64,000 nucleotides of DNA, from assembly GCA_030390025.1 (NCBI GenBank), contig CM059432.1, forward strand, positions 134,232,001 to 134,296,000, in the 5' to 3' direction. This DNA is from Squalus acanthias (lineage: Eukaryota). Made by a program: the position numbers and the translations under genes. Shown here piece by piece: positions 24,701 through 37,171 of the stretch (positions within the stretch are counted from its first letter, which is position 1; each line of letters starts with the position of its first letter). The notes under the pieces are model-generated. The model was not told the origin of the DNA. It made no database searches and saw only the letters and a program-made list of their open reading frames with translations.

Positions 24701-26230
24701 TTCAGGACCCTAGTCTCTGAGTCAATTACTTCACTCTCCATCTTAATGAAGAATTCTATCATATTATGATCGCTCTTCCCCAAGGGGCCTCGCACAGCAA
24801 GATTGCTAATTAATCCTTTCTCATTATATAATACCCAGTCTAAGATGGCCTGATCTCTAGTTGGTTCCTTGACATATTGGTCCAGGAAACCATCCCGTAT
24901 ACACTCTAGGAATTCCTCCTCCACAGTATTGTTACTAATTTGGTTAGCCCAATCTATATGTAGATTAAAGTCACCCATGATAACTGCTGTGCCCTTATTG
25001 CACACATCTCTAATTTCCAGTTAATGCCATCCCCAACCTCAGCATTACTGTTTGGAGGTCTGTATACAACTCCCACTAACATTTTCTGCCCCTTGGTATT
25101 TCTCAGCTCTACCCATACAGATTCCACATCATCAGAGCTAATATCCTTCCTTACTATTGTGTTAATCTCCTCTTTAACCAGCAATGCTACCCCACCTCCT
25201 TTTCCTTTTGCCTGTCTTTCCTGAATATTGAATACCCCTGGATGTTGAATTCCCAGCCTTGGTCACCTTGGAGCCATGTCTCTGTAATCCCAATTATATC
25301 ATATCCGTTTACATCTATTTGCGCAGCTAATTCATCCACCTTATTACGAATGCTCCTCGCATTAAGACACAAAGCCTTCAGGCTTGTTTTTTTAACATTC
25401 TTTGACCTTTTAGAATTATTATTTACTGTGGCCATGTTTGATTTACACCCTTGATTTCTCTGACTGCCACTTTTTCTTTTCTCCTTCCTGTCTTTTGCTT
25501 CTATCCTTGCTTCCCTTTCCTCTGTCTCCCTGCACAGGCTCCCAACCCCCTGCCATTTTAGTTTAAACCCTCCCCAACAGCACTAGCAAACACTCCCCCT
25601 AGGACATCGGTCCCGGTCCTGCCCAGGTGCAAACCGTCCAGTTTGTACTGGTCCCACCTCCCCCAGAACCGGTTCCAATTTCCCAGGAATTTGAATCCCT
25701 CCCCCTTGCACCATTCCTCTTGCCATGTATTCATCTGAAATATCCTTCTATTTCTATGCTGACTAGCACGTGGCACTGGTAGCAATCCTGAGATTACTAC
25801 CTTTGAGGTCCTATTTTTTAATTTACCTCCTAACTCCCTATATTCAGCTTTTAGGACCTCATCCCAGTTTTTACCTATATCATTGGTACCTATATGCACC
25901 ACGACAACTGGCTGTTCACCCTTCCTCTCTAGAATGCCCTGCAGCCGCTCCGAGACATCCTTGACCCTTGCACCAGGGAGGCAACATACCATCCTGGAGT
26001 CTCGTTTGCAGCCGCAGAAACGCCTATCTATTCCCCTTACAATAGAATCCCCTATCACTATAGCTCTCCCGCTCTTTTTCCTCCCGTCCTGTGCAGCAGA
26101 ACCACCCATGGTGCCAGGAAGTTGGCTGCTGCTGCCTTTCCTCGATAAGCCATCTCCCTCAACAATATCCAAAGCGGTATATCTGTTTGAGAGGGGGATG
26201 GCCACAGGGGACCCCATGAACTACCTGCCT
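21739..26230 (-). mobile_element. CR1 LINE 'C', 5'-truncated within ORF1, inserted in the satellite
   Basis: Tail atagaaacatagaag. RT ORFs 21937-23339 (KFADD), EN ORFs 24490-25435, SGNH esterase ORF 25558-26217 (GDSIVRG, HIGTND, DGLHL). Satellite lies on both sides. Confidence 0.93.
23391..24151. mobile_element. GC-rich TIR element (MITE family Z) inserted in CR1 'C'
   Basis: Termini gggggaaaaattcag / ctcaatttttacctc. TSD TAT at 23388-23390 and 24152-24154. Abrupt GC/CpG-rich block that interrupts CR1 ORF2. Confidence 0.88.
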
Positions 26231-28200
26231 GTTAAATAAACATGTTGTATATCTGTGTTAAATACCCCTGTTGCATATCTGTGTTAAATGCACATGTTGT
26301 ATGCTTGTGTTAAATACACATGTTGTATATCAGTGTTACGTACCCCTGTTGTATATCTGTGTTAGATGCACCTGTTGTATATCTATGTTAAAAAAACATA
26401 TTGTATATCTGTGTTAAATACACTTCTTGTATATCTGTGTTAAATACCCCTGTTGTATATCTGTGCAAAATACATCTGTTGTATATCTGTGTTATATAAA
26501 AATGTTGCATATCTCTGTTAAATACACTTGTTGTCTATCTGTGTTAAATAAACATGTTATATATCTGTGTAAAATAAACATGTTGTATATCTCTGTTAAA
26601 TACACTTGTTGTATATCTGTGTTAAGTACACCTGTTGTATATCTGAGTTAAATAAACATGTTGTATATGTGTATTAAGTACAGTTGTTGGATATCTGTGT
26701 TAAATACACCTGTTATATATCTGTGTTAAATACACCTGTTGTATAACTGTGTTAAATAAACCTGTTGTTTATCTGTGTTAAATACACATGTTGTATATCT
26801 GATAAATACAAATGTTGTATATATGCATTAAATACACATATTGTATATCTGTTAAATACACCTATTTATATCTGTGTAAAATACACATGTTGTATATCTG
26901 TTAAATACAACTATTTATATCTGTGTAAAATACACCTGTTGTATATCTGTGTTGAATACACTTGTATATCTGTGTTAAATAAACATGTTGTATATCTGTG
27001 TTAAATACACTTCTTGTATATCTGTGTTAAATACACATGTTGTATATCTGTGTTAAATACACCTGTTGTATATCTGTGTTAAATACACATGTTGTATATC
27101 TGTGTTAAATACACCTGTTGTATATCTCTGTTAAATGCACTTGTTGTATATCTGTGTTATGTACACTTGTTGGATACCTGTGTAAAATACACCTGTTGCA
27201 TATCTGTGTTAAATTCACTTGTTGTATATCTGTGTTCAGTACACATGTTGTATATCTGTGTTAAATAAACATGTTGAATATCTGTGTTCAATACACATGT
27301 TGTATATCTGTGTTAAATACACCTGTTGTATATCTCTGTTAAATGCACTTGTTGTATATCTGTGTTAAGTACACTTGTTGGATACCTGTGTTAAATACAC
27401 CTGTTGCATATCTGTGTTAAATTCACTTGTTGTATATCTGTGTTAAGTACATATGTTGTATATCTGTTTTAAATACACCTGTTGCATATCTATGTTAAAT
27501 TCACCGGTTGTATGTCTGTGTTATATACACTTGTTGTATATCTGTGTTAAATACACCTGTTGTATATCTGTGTTAAATGCACTTGTTACATATCTGTGTT
27601 AAATACACATGTTGTATATCTGATAAATGCACATGTTGTATATCTGTGTTAAATACAAATGTTGTATGTAATGGTTAAATGCACGTATTATATATCTGTT
27701 AAATACACCTATTTTTACCTATGTAAAATACACCTGTTGTGTATCTGTGTTAAATACACTTCTTGTATATCTGTGTTAAATGCACGTGTTGTATATCTGT
27801 GTTAAATACACTTGTTGTATATCTGTGTTAAATACACATGTTGCATATCTGTGTTAAATACACATGTTGTATATATGTGTTAAATGCACGTGTTGTATAT
27901 CTGTGTTAAATACACATGTTGCATATCTGTGTTAAATACACATGTTGTATATCTGTGTTAAATACAAATGTTGTATATATGTGTTAAATGCACGTGTTGT
28001 ATATCTGTGTTAAATACACATGTTGCATATCTGTGTTAAATACACTTGTTGTATATCTGTGTTAAATACACATGTTGTATATCTGTGTTAAATACACTTG
28101 TTGTATATCTGTGTTAAATACACATGTTGTATATCTGTGTTAAATACTGATGTTGTATATCTGTGTTAAATGCACGTGTTGTATATATTTGTGAAATGCT
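26231..28200. repeat. 26-bp satellite, block 3
   Basis: Same unit and orientation as blocks 1 and 2. Confidence 0.95.
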
Positions 28201-28260
28201 GGTAACTATTTGATAATATTGGTAAAACTCCTATTTACTGCATTTGCTTTGTGAACTTTT

Positions 28261-28906
28261 GGGAGGAGAAATTCGGTGGTGCCCCCTTGGGGGCGCAAAC
28301 GTTAGTGCCCCTGCGTGAAAAATTCAGTGGTAGCGCCCCAAGCAGGAGGTGGGGCGCTACTGTAAGGACCCCACCTCCTTCCTGGGGCGCTTCAAGTGAA
28401 TATCGCGGCGCTACGTGCAACAGTGTCACGCGCGTCAGCATGTAGCACCACGGTATTGCAGGCTTCCATCCCCTAATTAAAGGGGAGGGGCCTAGTGCCG
28501 CGTGGTCCCTGCTGGACCACTGGGGAGCGGGGTGCCATGAAAACAGCCCGGCACTCAAGAGGAGTGCCGTGCTGAGCGATCGCGGGCGGCACCCCGAATA
28601 AAAAAGGGGAAGGGGCCAGGCGCTGGCAGGCGGCCAAAATAATGGCCGCCCGACACCTTCCCTTTAACTTGCGCCGCCACGGCTGCAAAAACGCCATCCT
28701 GACCCTGTCGGACATATCGTCCGACGATAGGTCAGGGGGCGAAACCCAAGTTTGCAGCCTGGCCGCGAGCGGGGCGCTACCGGCTACCGCCACCGCTAAC
28801 CTCACGCTGAATTTTACGGGAGGCGTTAGCGGCGCCACGTCCGGGCACTAGGTGTTTTGTGTCCCGTTAGCGCCCCGGGAGGCACAAAGCAACCCAATTT
28901 TTTCCC
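28261..28906. mobile_element. MITE family Z, diverged copy in opposite orientation to 23391-24151
   Basis: gcgctaccggctaccgccaccgctaacctc...aattttacgggaggcg is the reverse complement of about 23485-23540. TTT flanks at 28258-28260 and 28907-28909. Confidence 0.82.
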
Positions 28907-31900
28907 TTTGGTTCCCAGAGTGCCAAGCAGGCATAAAATATTGCTGTTTAAATAGCATCTGAAGACTGCGTTGTGGACAAAAATCTAGGTTATTGCCTTC
29001 AAGGGCCAGTTCATTCGAACCTCAATATCGGTTAGTGCTAGTGAAGAGGAAAAGGCTGAAATTTAGTTGCAGACTAATATACTGTACTGCAGGGCAACTA
29101 AGGATTACTTACAACCACACTCTTTAACATTTATGTTCTATATCTGTGTACTACAAAACCATTCTGAATTATTGTGGAGAATATTTTTTTTTTTTGCTTT
29201 GCTTTTTTATTTCCTTTCCTACACCATCACCATTTAGCCACAAACTTTAAAACAAAAAAACAAAATGGCTCCATTTCTGATTCCCTTTCTAACTGCAGAC
29301 ATGCTCTTGTCCAAAGAAAAAAAAATCTAGAGGCATCTGGAGTCTCTGCTGGATAAACCATCACCATGTGAAAGCAGCAACTCAGTGCTGTCACCCAATC
29401 CATTACCACAGCACTCCACCATCTTTGCTATATTAACATAATTATTTTGAATCTGTAAATATATTTGTGTGGTCTTAAGCCATCAACGTTTATTTAATTC
29501 TAGACTAGCTTACAGCATAACAGTTGTTCTATGTTAAGCAGACGGTGGACTGTTCGAAATGTTAGAAAATACAAAACTTAGCAAACCACTCGCCTGAAAG
29601 AAAACACGACTGCATTGAACTGCTTGCTAGATTTTGTAAAGTCTTAAATATTTCAAAATCATATCTCAGGACTGCCACAAATTTCATGTATCTGTGCGAG
29701 GAAAAAGAATAATGAATGTGTCATTGTGTTTAGCATTTGTATGGAATCACATTATTTCATGTAGGTATAACTTTAAAAAAATGTAATTTAAAAAAAAATT
29801 TAAATAATAAAGGAATTTGTAAACTCGTATTCATGGCCTTTGATTTTCTTTCATGTTTTTTCTTCTTTTTTGGAGTATTTTAGGGATTATTTTCTTCAAA
29901 TCATTCTCAGTGATTAATCTTATTCATATTTGTAGTGGTGTTTCTTTGTGCGTGTGAGAGAGACAATGAGGGAGCATGAACATTTCAACAGGGCAAACGG
30001 AAAATAGACAAATTAGTACAAAAAGGCAACATTTTAGTGTGGAAATCAGAGAAAGATAAGAATGTAGAATAATTAGATCGACAGGAGCTAGGAATTTAAG
30101 AAAGAAGGAGCAGGCGTAAAAGAAATACATGAATCATTTTTTTAAAGGGGGGCAACAATGAGAAAGAGAATCAATTTTTGCAAAAGAAAAAGAAAAAGTC
30201 CTAATCGACACAGCTACCGGGAACCTTTTTCAATCAACCCATCTGAAGTTGTTGTTGAAAGTTCTCTGTCTGGATTCATCCATTTGCCAAACTGTTATGC
30301 ATTTGATGGAGAACCGTGAAGTCTTTTTAAACGTTCACATCATTTACAAGGGCCCAGGTTTTCATTAAAAAAGAGACAAGCATCAAAGCCCCTGATTTAA
30401 ATGGCGTGTGCCTCGGCGATTTGAGTGAGCGAATGACAAAGCTGAGAGAAAAAATGTTCACTCGAGCAATTATTTCTCCATGGTGAATTTGTATTAGTTT
30501 GCTAGAAAGAAGCATATGTTTGGCCTGGGGCAAGACTCCCCCCGGCTGCGGCAGAGTGATCAGGCTGAGAGAGGAGACACAGACCTGGGACTGCAGGCAC
30601 ATAACAATCCCGAGTACAGGACCAGCCCCTGCTTCTGAGTTGTATTTAGAACCTGTCACTGTTGAATTATCAGAATTATATTTCTCGCGTCGAGTAATAA
30701 AAGGTAAATCGAAAAAAATAAAAATATTAGTTTGTGTCCCAAGTTGCCAAGTTAAATCTCTTTGTAAGTTAAGTCCTATATCTCTATGGTTCGCCTTGAA
30801 TTTGTATTGAATTATGTATATCTTTAAATATCAGAGAACAAACGAAATACTGAAAGTCCAATGAAGATTTAATCAAAAATAGACTATAGTTTAAAGTGGC
30901 TTCCACTAATCTGCTTCTATTTCAGATAAATACTTTAAAATGAGGGGTTTTAGAAGTAGGACCATTGTTGACTGAATTACTAAAATAACAAATAAAGATA
31001 TTTAATTATGAAAAATGGGAAGAAGCCATTAATACAAAAAAAACTGTAAAGACAATGGACAGCATGCTTTTTCCCTCCCAACTACATTTCAGGCCAGCAC
31101 TAAACACAGGAAATGAGTACTACAACATTAACATGTTTGGCAAATTGAGTGTCCGGATCGAGCCCCTATATTCAGCCAGAAGGGCGAGAAAAGAAGAAGC
31201 ACAAAGCAAGAAAGCGTGTTTACATTTGAAGTGTCATTGAAACAGTTTTTGAAATGACAATATTGCGCCATGTACAGCAGTGTGCATGGGGCCAGTACAG
31301 AGAGTAAACTCCACAAGGCACACGTCTATGTCCATTCATGTTTACCAAATAAACCCAGTGTACAGCACTTTAAACCAAAGGTGAAGCAAGACATTAAAAA
31401 CTTCTCTAAAGATCCCATTGCTTCGGAAATCAGAAATCCTCTTCACTCAAGCAATCAAATTCAGTTCAGATCCAGTAAACAGGAAAGAATTTGATCTCTC
31501 TCAGTGTTTACATGCAACCCTGTACCCGAAACAGAATATACGTTAAATTATATCAAATTACCATATGGCACATGTGCTGTGTTGGATGGAAGAGACATAA
31601 AATCAGTGGGGATTCATACATGCCTGTTTACGAGAACTTGATCTGAATCATTTGATTCACAGCCAGAGTAAATCTGGTGGCAAAAGATGGACATTTTTGC
31701 TCCACAGTAACAATAGAGTGAACCAATCTTCAACATTGATACTGTGAATATCGTTTGGAGCAGTTACAGATACAACATCAAACCAAGCTGGGACCAGCTA
31801 TTAAAGCAGAGTACACTGGAACCAAATAGGAACTGACCACGTTTAAACACCAGTTTGAATACAGCATCACTTCACCCGTGAAGTAGCCTGAAATGGCTCA

Positions 31901-32944
31901 GGAACTATATCCATTGGATCAGGTATAGCTATTTGTATATACACTGATTCTGGTCCAAGTCCAAGATAGAATAGGTCCTTAATCAGAAGAAGTAAGGAAC
32001 AGGAGATTTGGAATCAAAAATAGGATGGCATATAAGCACAGAAGAGAAGAAACACGATTTAGCTAGAACATGATATCTGGACTATGGATTCCAAAGATAT
32101 GATGTGAAAAATATGGAACTGGGAAGGTAGAGATTAGGATCACATGTTCAAAGAGAGGAAACTGGAACATCTCTGTGAGGAATGGGAAAGTACACACAAG
32201 AGACAAGGACAGAAAGCAAGATATTTGCAGCAGGACAAATAAGAATAAGAACATGGAGATAGGGATTGGGAATTTAAGTATTAGGACCAGGCACATGGGA
32301 AAGAAACCACTAACGATAGCATAAAAAGCGAGAACAGTATCGGCATCTCAAGGGCATCAGGAATACAGGCAAAAGGAGAAGACATTGTACCCACAACTTC
32401 GGGTGAATTTTATCAGCCATTTCTCCCTGGAGTTAACTTGAGTTTATTATAGTCATACATTTATGTTCCAAATTGAAATACAATATATAAAATCTCCCAT
32501 GATTTCTTTTTTCAAATGTCATTTTCTAGAGGAGTATATTAGATACAAGATATCACTGGCATCCTTGAAGCACGTTTCTAAAGATCATCTGAAAACGCAT
32601 TTTCAAGGGCAACTAGGGATGGGCAATAAATGGCAGCCTTGCCAGCGATGCCCACATCCCAAGAAAGCATTTTTTTAAAATAAAACTTTGAAAAACTGTC
32701 ACAAGATTTCTAATTAGCTGGTGCAGTAAAGGGGTTACAATTGTAGGTGTATTGTCTGCTACTCTGGTGCATTGTCTGCTATTCTTTTTCAGGGCCAAAA
32801 AACTGTTGAACTGCTTCCCTCTCTCAGTTTGCCCTTTCTCCTACAATCTTCAGGCCTTTGAAACCCAAACGTGTGTCACCCAATTACTACTTTTTGATTT
32901 ACATTGTGGTCCTTCATTGCGTGAAAGTGCGGGTAAATAAAGCT

Positions 32945-33215
32945 ATAAAAAGGCTAATAGAATTTGAGGGGTTTTAAATTGAGGCATACAGTACAAGAGT
33001 AAAGAAGTGATATTGAGTTAGAATACTGTGTTCAGTTTTGGGCACTCTATTAATGTAAAAAAAAGCATTAAAGCTGAAGAGAGCAGACAGCATAGATTCA
33101 CCAGGATGGTGGCAGGTATAGGAAACTATAGTTAGAAGGAGAGACTTGATAATCTAGGACTATTTCCACTCGAGCAAGGAAGGCTAAGAGGAAATGCAAC
33201 AGAGGTTTGTAAACT
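32945..33215 (+). mobile_element. Old CR1 ORF2 3' fragment
   Basis: aaggctaatagaat...aagagtaaagaagtg...gaatactgtgttcagttttgg...agattcaccaggatg matches the RT C-terminus of the other CR1 copies. Confidence 0.7.
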
Positions 33216-33480
33216 TCTATGGTTCTATCGTGGTTTCCCAATTTAAAAAGGCATTTTGTGGTAAATATTTTGTTGCGTGTTAAACACATTTAAAATATCC
33301 ATTTAGTAATTTTGTGAAATAAGAAATGATTTAAAACGTGCAAATAATAGTATGTTATTACTGTAAATCAAAAAGTAGCAATTGGGTGACACATGTTTGG
33401 GTTTCAAAGGCCTGAAGATTGTAGGAGAAAGGGCAAACTGAGAGAGGGAAGCAGTTCAACAGTTTTTTGGTCCTGAGAAA

Positions 33481-33999
33481 GAATAGCAGACAATACACCA
33501 GAGCAGCAGATAATGCACCAGAGTAACAGACAATGCACCAGAGCAGCAGATAATGCACCAGAGTAACAGACAATGCACCAGAGTAGCAGACAATGCACCA
33601 GAGCAGCAGACAATGCACCAGAGTAGCAGACAATGCACCAGAGTAGCAGACAATGCACCAGAGTAGCAGACAATGCACCAGAGTTGCAGACAATGCACCA
33701 GAGTTGCAGACAATGCACCAGAGTAGCAGACAATGCACCAGAGTTGCAGACAATGCACCAGAGTTGCAGACAATGCACCAGAGTTGCAGACAATGCACCA
33801 GAGTAGCAGACAATGCACCAGAGTTGCAGACAATGCACCAGAGTTGCAGACAATGCACCAGAGTAGCAGACAATGCACCAGAGCAGCAAACAATGCACCA
33901 GAGTTGCAGACAATGCACCAGAGTTGCAGACAATGCACCAGAGTAGCAGACAATGCACCAGAGCAGCAAACAATGCACCAGAGTAGCAGACAATGCACC
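33481..33999. repeat. 20-bp minisatellite (GAGTAGCAGACAATGCACCA), about 26 copies
   Basis: Direct tandem repetition inside the right arm of the inverted duplication. Confidence 0.95.
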
Positions 34000-34744
34000 T
34001 ACAATTGTAACTCCTTTACTGCACCAGCTAATTAGAAATCTTGTGACAGTTTTTCAATGTTTTATTTTTTTCAAATGCTTTCTTGGGATGTGGGCATCGC
34101 TGGCACGGCCGCCATTTGTATAAACAGAGTGTATAAACAGAGAATGTGGATACATTGGAGTGTTAATCAGACAGTGATTTCATTGTGAGTTCAGATGACA
34201 TCATAAAGTTTCAGAATAAAGTTGAGTGATTTATGTTGTATGAACCACAAGATAAGACCTCAGTAATCAAATGATTGCACCTGTGTCTGTTATTTCTATA
34301 AGATACACTGTGGAGTTAGTGAGGGAAGTTTTAACTTGTTTTTGCCCTATATTTTTTATTTCTCTGGGACAGATGTCAATGACAGCCACAGCACCCAATG
34401 GAACTGATGTGTAGTGACATCTTTACTGGCGGATAAACAATTGTGACCCAATCACAGGAAATCTAGTGAATGATCATTTCTGGGAATCAGATTAATATAG
34501 CCAAAATATATTACACAGAGAATGATAAGTAGTGGGAACAATTAGCAAAAAATAATCTCGCGAGGAGTCCAAATGATGTCATAAACCATGAGGCCAAAGC
34601 TCAAATGATTTACTATTATCCAACTCCAGATAGGAGATCATTTTCATTGCCATCAATTCCATCCATTCATTATTTTTTATATATTGAATATTGTTAAAAT
34701 TTGTGATAAGAATGACATTTAAAGTGTTGCCTTGTAGAATGTAT

Positions 34745-34930
34745 GGCCGAGAAATTCATCTCGGGCGATGGCACAAGACGGGCGGTATCGGATCAGCCGC
34801 TCGTTATACGCAGTGCCTGGTATTCAGTTCTATTGACTGCAATGGAACTGAATATCAGGTGCTGCGTATAACGGGCGGCTGATCCGAAACCGCCCGCTTT
34901 ACGTCACCGCCCGAGACAAATTTCTAGGCC
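34745..34930. mobile_element. 186-bp fold-back MITE
   Basis: TIRs ggccgagaaattcatctcgggcg / cgcccgagacaaatttctaggcc. Nearly the whole element is palindromic around attgactgcaat. TSD TAT at 34742-34744 and 34931-34933. Confidence 0.85.
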
Positions 34931-34933
34931 TAT

Positions 34934-35631
34934 GCGCCAACATTTGCGATCGGAGGCTTCCCGCAGGCGGACGCCTCCGACCTGCAAAATTTCTACGAAA
35001 GAACCTGGTGGCCCGGGAAGAATGGCGGCTTGCGCTCCTGGGCCTCTCCGGGTCCGCGCGGGCAGAGCCCCACGTATTCCAGGGGCGCTTGCGTTTCGTA
35101 GGCGCTCCTGGGATCACGTGGACTGGCCCAACCAATAAAAGAAGAGAATCCCCATTCATACTTTTGACAGGTCCATACGTACAGAACTGTCAAAAGTATG
35201 AATGGGGATCACTTAAAAAATACACGAACACATTAAATAAATAAAAATGTCAATCACATATTTAAAATTAATTAAAATGCCATTTAATTAAATATTTTAA
35301 ACAAAAATTAGATTTTTTGGAGAAAAAAATTGTTTTTATGGGGCTAAAAATAAACTTACCTTTTTGAAGAATATTTTTAATTTATAAATGAGTGATAACA
35401 TTTTATTTTTCTATTTTTGTAAACTCTTATTCTGGCAAAAGCAGGCCTTATGCCAGCTTTTACCAGGCGTAAGAATTTGACAGGCTTTCAGCGGGTGGAG
35501 GTTGTACAAATAGTGCAACTCTCCACCCGCCGAGGCCCTTTTCTTGGGCATGCCTAAACCCAACACTTGCGCAGCCCCTACGGGCACGTACACACCTCGT
35601 ACGCACCCATAGGGGTCGCAAAATCCGGCCC
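34934..35631. mobile_element. MITE related to family X (same orientation as 12333-13097)
   Basis: Shares tcggaggcttcccg, cctgggatcac, the attcata..tttgacag hairpin and gggctaaaaataaacttacc with the 12333 element. TAT flanks at 34931-34933 and 35632-35634. Confidence 0.82.
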
Positions 35632-36638
35632 TATGTCTTTTGGTGATAGTATCACAACACACATTGCTAGCTGGGATCTTCCAGTGAGTTGATGCATGAT
35701 GGTGTCCTGACTGATTGATTAATTCTATTCAAGATTAGCAGGATATAGTCTGTAGTGGATTACTGGGGATTGACATTGGTCTATGTATTATATATGAAGC
35801 AGTGTTGTGTACATAAAGAAGTTCAAATGAATAGACCATGCCCTCTCATGCTGACCTCATAGTCCATCACACTACCTTTCTAACAAATATTTCACTAGTA
35901 TAAAGTACATGTTTGTGAATAGCCTGGTAACACAAGAAGTCAACCCACACAACGAAACCTGGTGACAGTAGCATAAAAATCAAACTCAAACAGTAGCATG
36001 AAAGGTTGATGATATAACTTTCTCAAACAATGCAGGATTCAAGAGATTTTATAAATGCTGAGGCTTCACTTTGATGGTTCATAGCATCTTCTGAGTCCCT
36101 CCATTGTTGTTAAAACCTTGTACCACACTCCAAGGAATTCCAACTAAATTTTGCATTTTGTCCTACATCAGGACCACTTACTTGAACCAACTCATGAAAC
36201 TTGATCGCCCTTTTCATGAATTAAGCTGTAACTCCCAGATTTTCTAAATCCCTTTGGTAAATATTGCAAAATGCACAGTATAGCTGAAGCCAAACCTGCA
36301 CTCTTTCAGATTTAGGCTGAGGCTACAGTTATGCTTCACATATAGTCTCACACCAGCATCTGTAGAACTTCGCCCTTTGCAAGGCAGATCCGAGTTATAC
36401 TGTACAGGTTCACAGTCACACTCCTGCAGATTGTACTGAAGTCAGACGAGCACTGCATGCCCAAACTGCTGATTCTTAATATTAGGAGACCACAGACAGC
36501 AACATCCACTCCAAAAAATTAAAAAGATTGAAAATTAATTTTCAAAAAACCCCAGTCACCACAGTGATGTGATATTTCAGCCAAAGTGAGTTCGAAGCAA
36601 TGTGAGACTATCTCCTGCAGGTGGTATCACATCTTATG

Positions 36639-37171
36639 GTGCCAGCCGTGGCTCAGTGGGTAGCTCTCTTGCCTCTGAGTCAGTCAGGGTGTGGGTTCAA
36701 ATCCCACTCCAGAGACTTGAGCACAAAATCTAAGCTGACACTTCAATGCAGTACTGAGGGAGTGCTTCACTGTTGGTAGGTGCTGTCTTTCAGATGAGAC
36801 GTGGCACACCACCACCTTCTCAAGGGCAATTAGGAATGGGCAATAAATGCTGGCTTTGCCAGCGATGCCCACATCCCATGAATGAATGAAAGAAAAATGT
36901 AAAAGATCCAATGGCACTATTTCCAAGAAGAGTTGGGGAGTTCTCCCTGGTGTCCTGGCCAATGTTTATCCCTCAACCAACACTTCAAAACAGATTATCT
37001 GGTCATTATCACATTGCTGTTTGTGGGAGCTTGCTGTGTGCAGATTGGCAGCCGCGTTTCCTACATTACAACAGTGACTCCGCTCCAAAAAAGTAATTAA
37101 TTGGCTCTACGGCGCTTTGGGACGTACTGAGGTCATGAAAGGCGTTATGTGAATGAATGTCTTTCTTTCTT
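36639..37171 (+). mobile_element. Deu-core tRNA SINE carrying an internal HE1/HER1-like 3' tail insert (about 36803-36898)
   Basis: Collinear with 20291-20741 apart from the insert caccaccttctcaagggcaattagg...gccagcgatgcccacatccca(tgaa)n, which also occurs at about 32603-32662. Confidence 0.82.

Larger units (their letters stand above)
32627..34117. repeat. Inverted duplication: arm 32627-32903 versus arm 33362-34117
   Basis: About 275 bp of near-identical reverse-complement sequence. The track's ORFs 32752-32940(+) and 33358-33993(-) share KKLLNCFPLSVCPFSYNLQAFETQTCVTQLLLFDL. Confidence 0.92.

Noticed and set aside
33358..34035. Repetitive ORFs (ALSATLVHCLLLWCIVC...)
   Set aside because: Translation of the 20-bp minisatellite.
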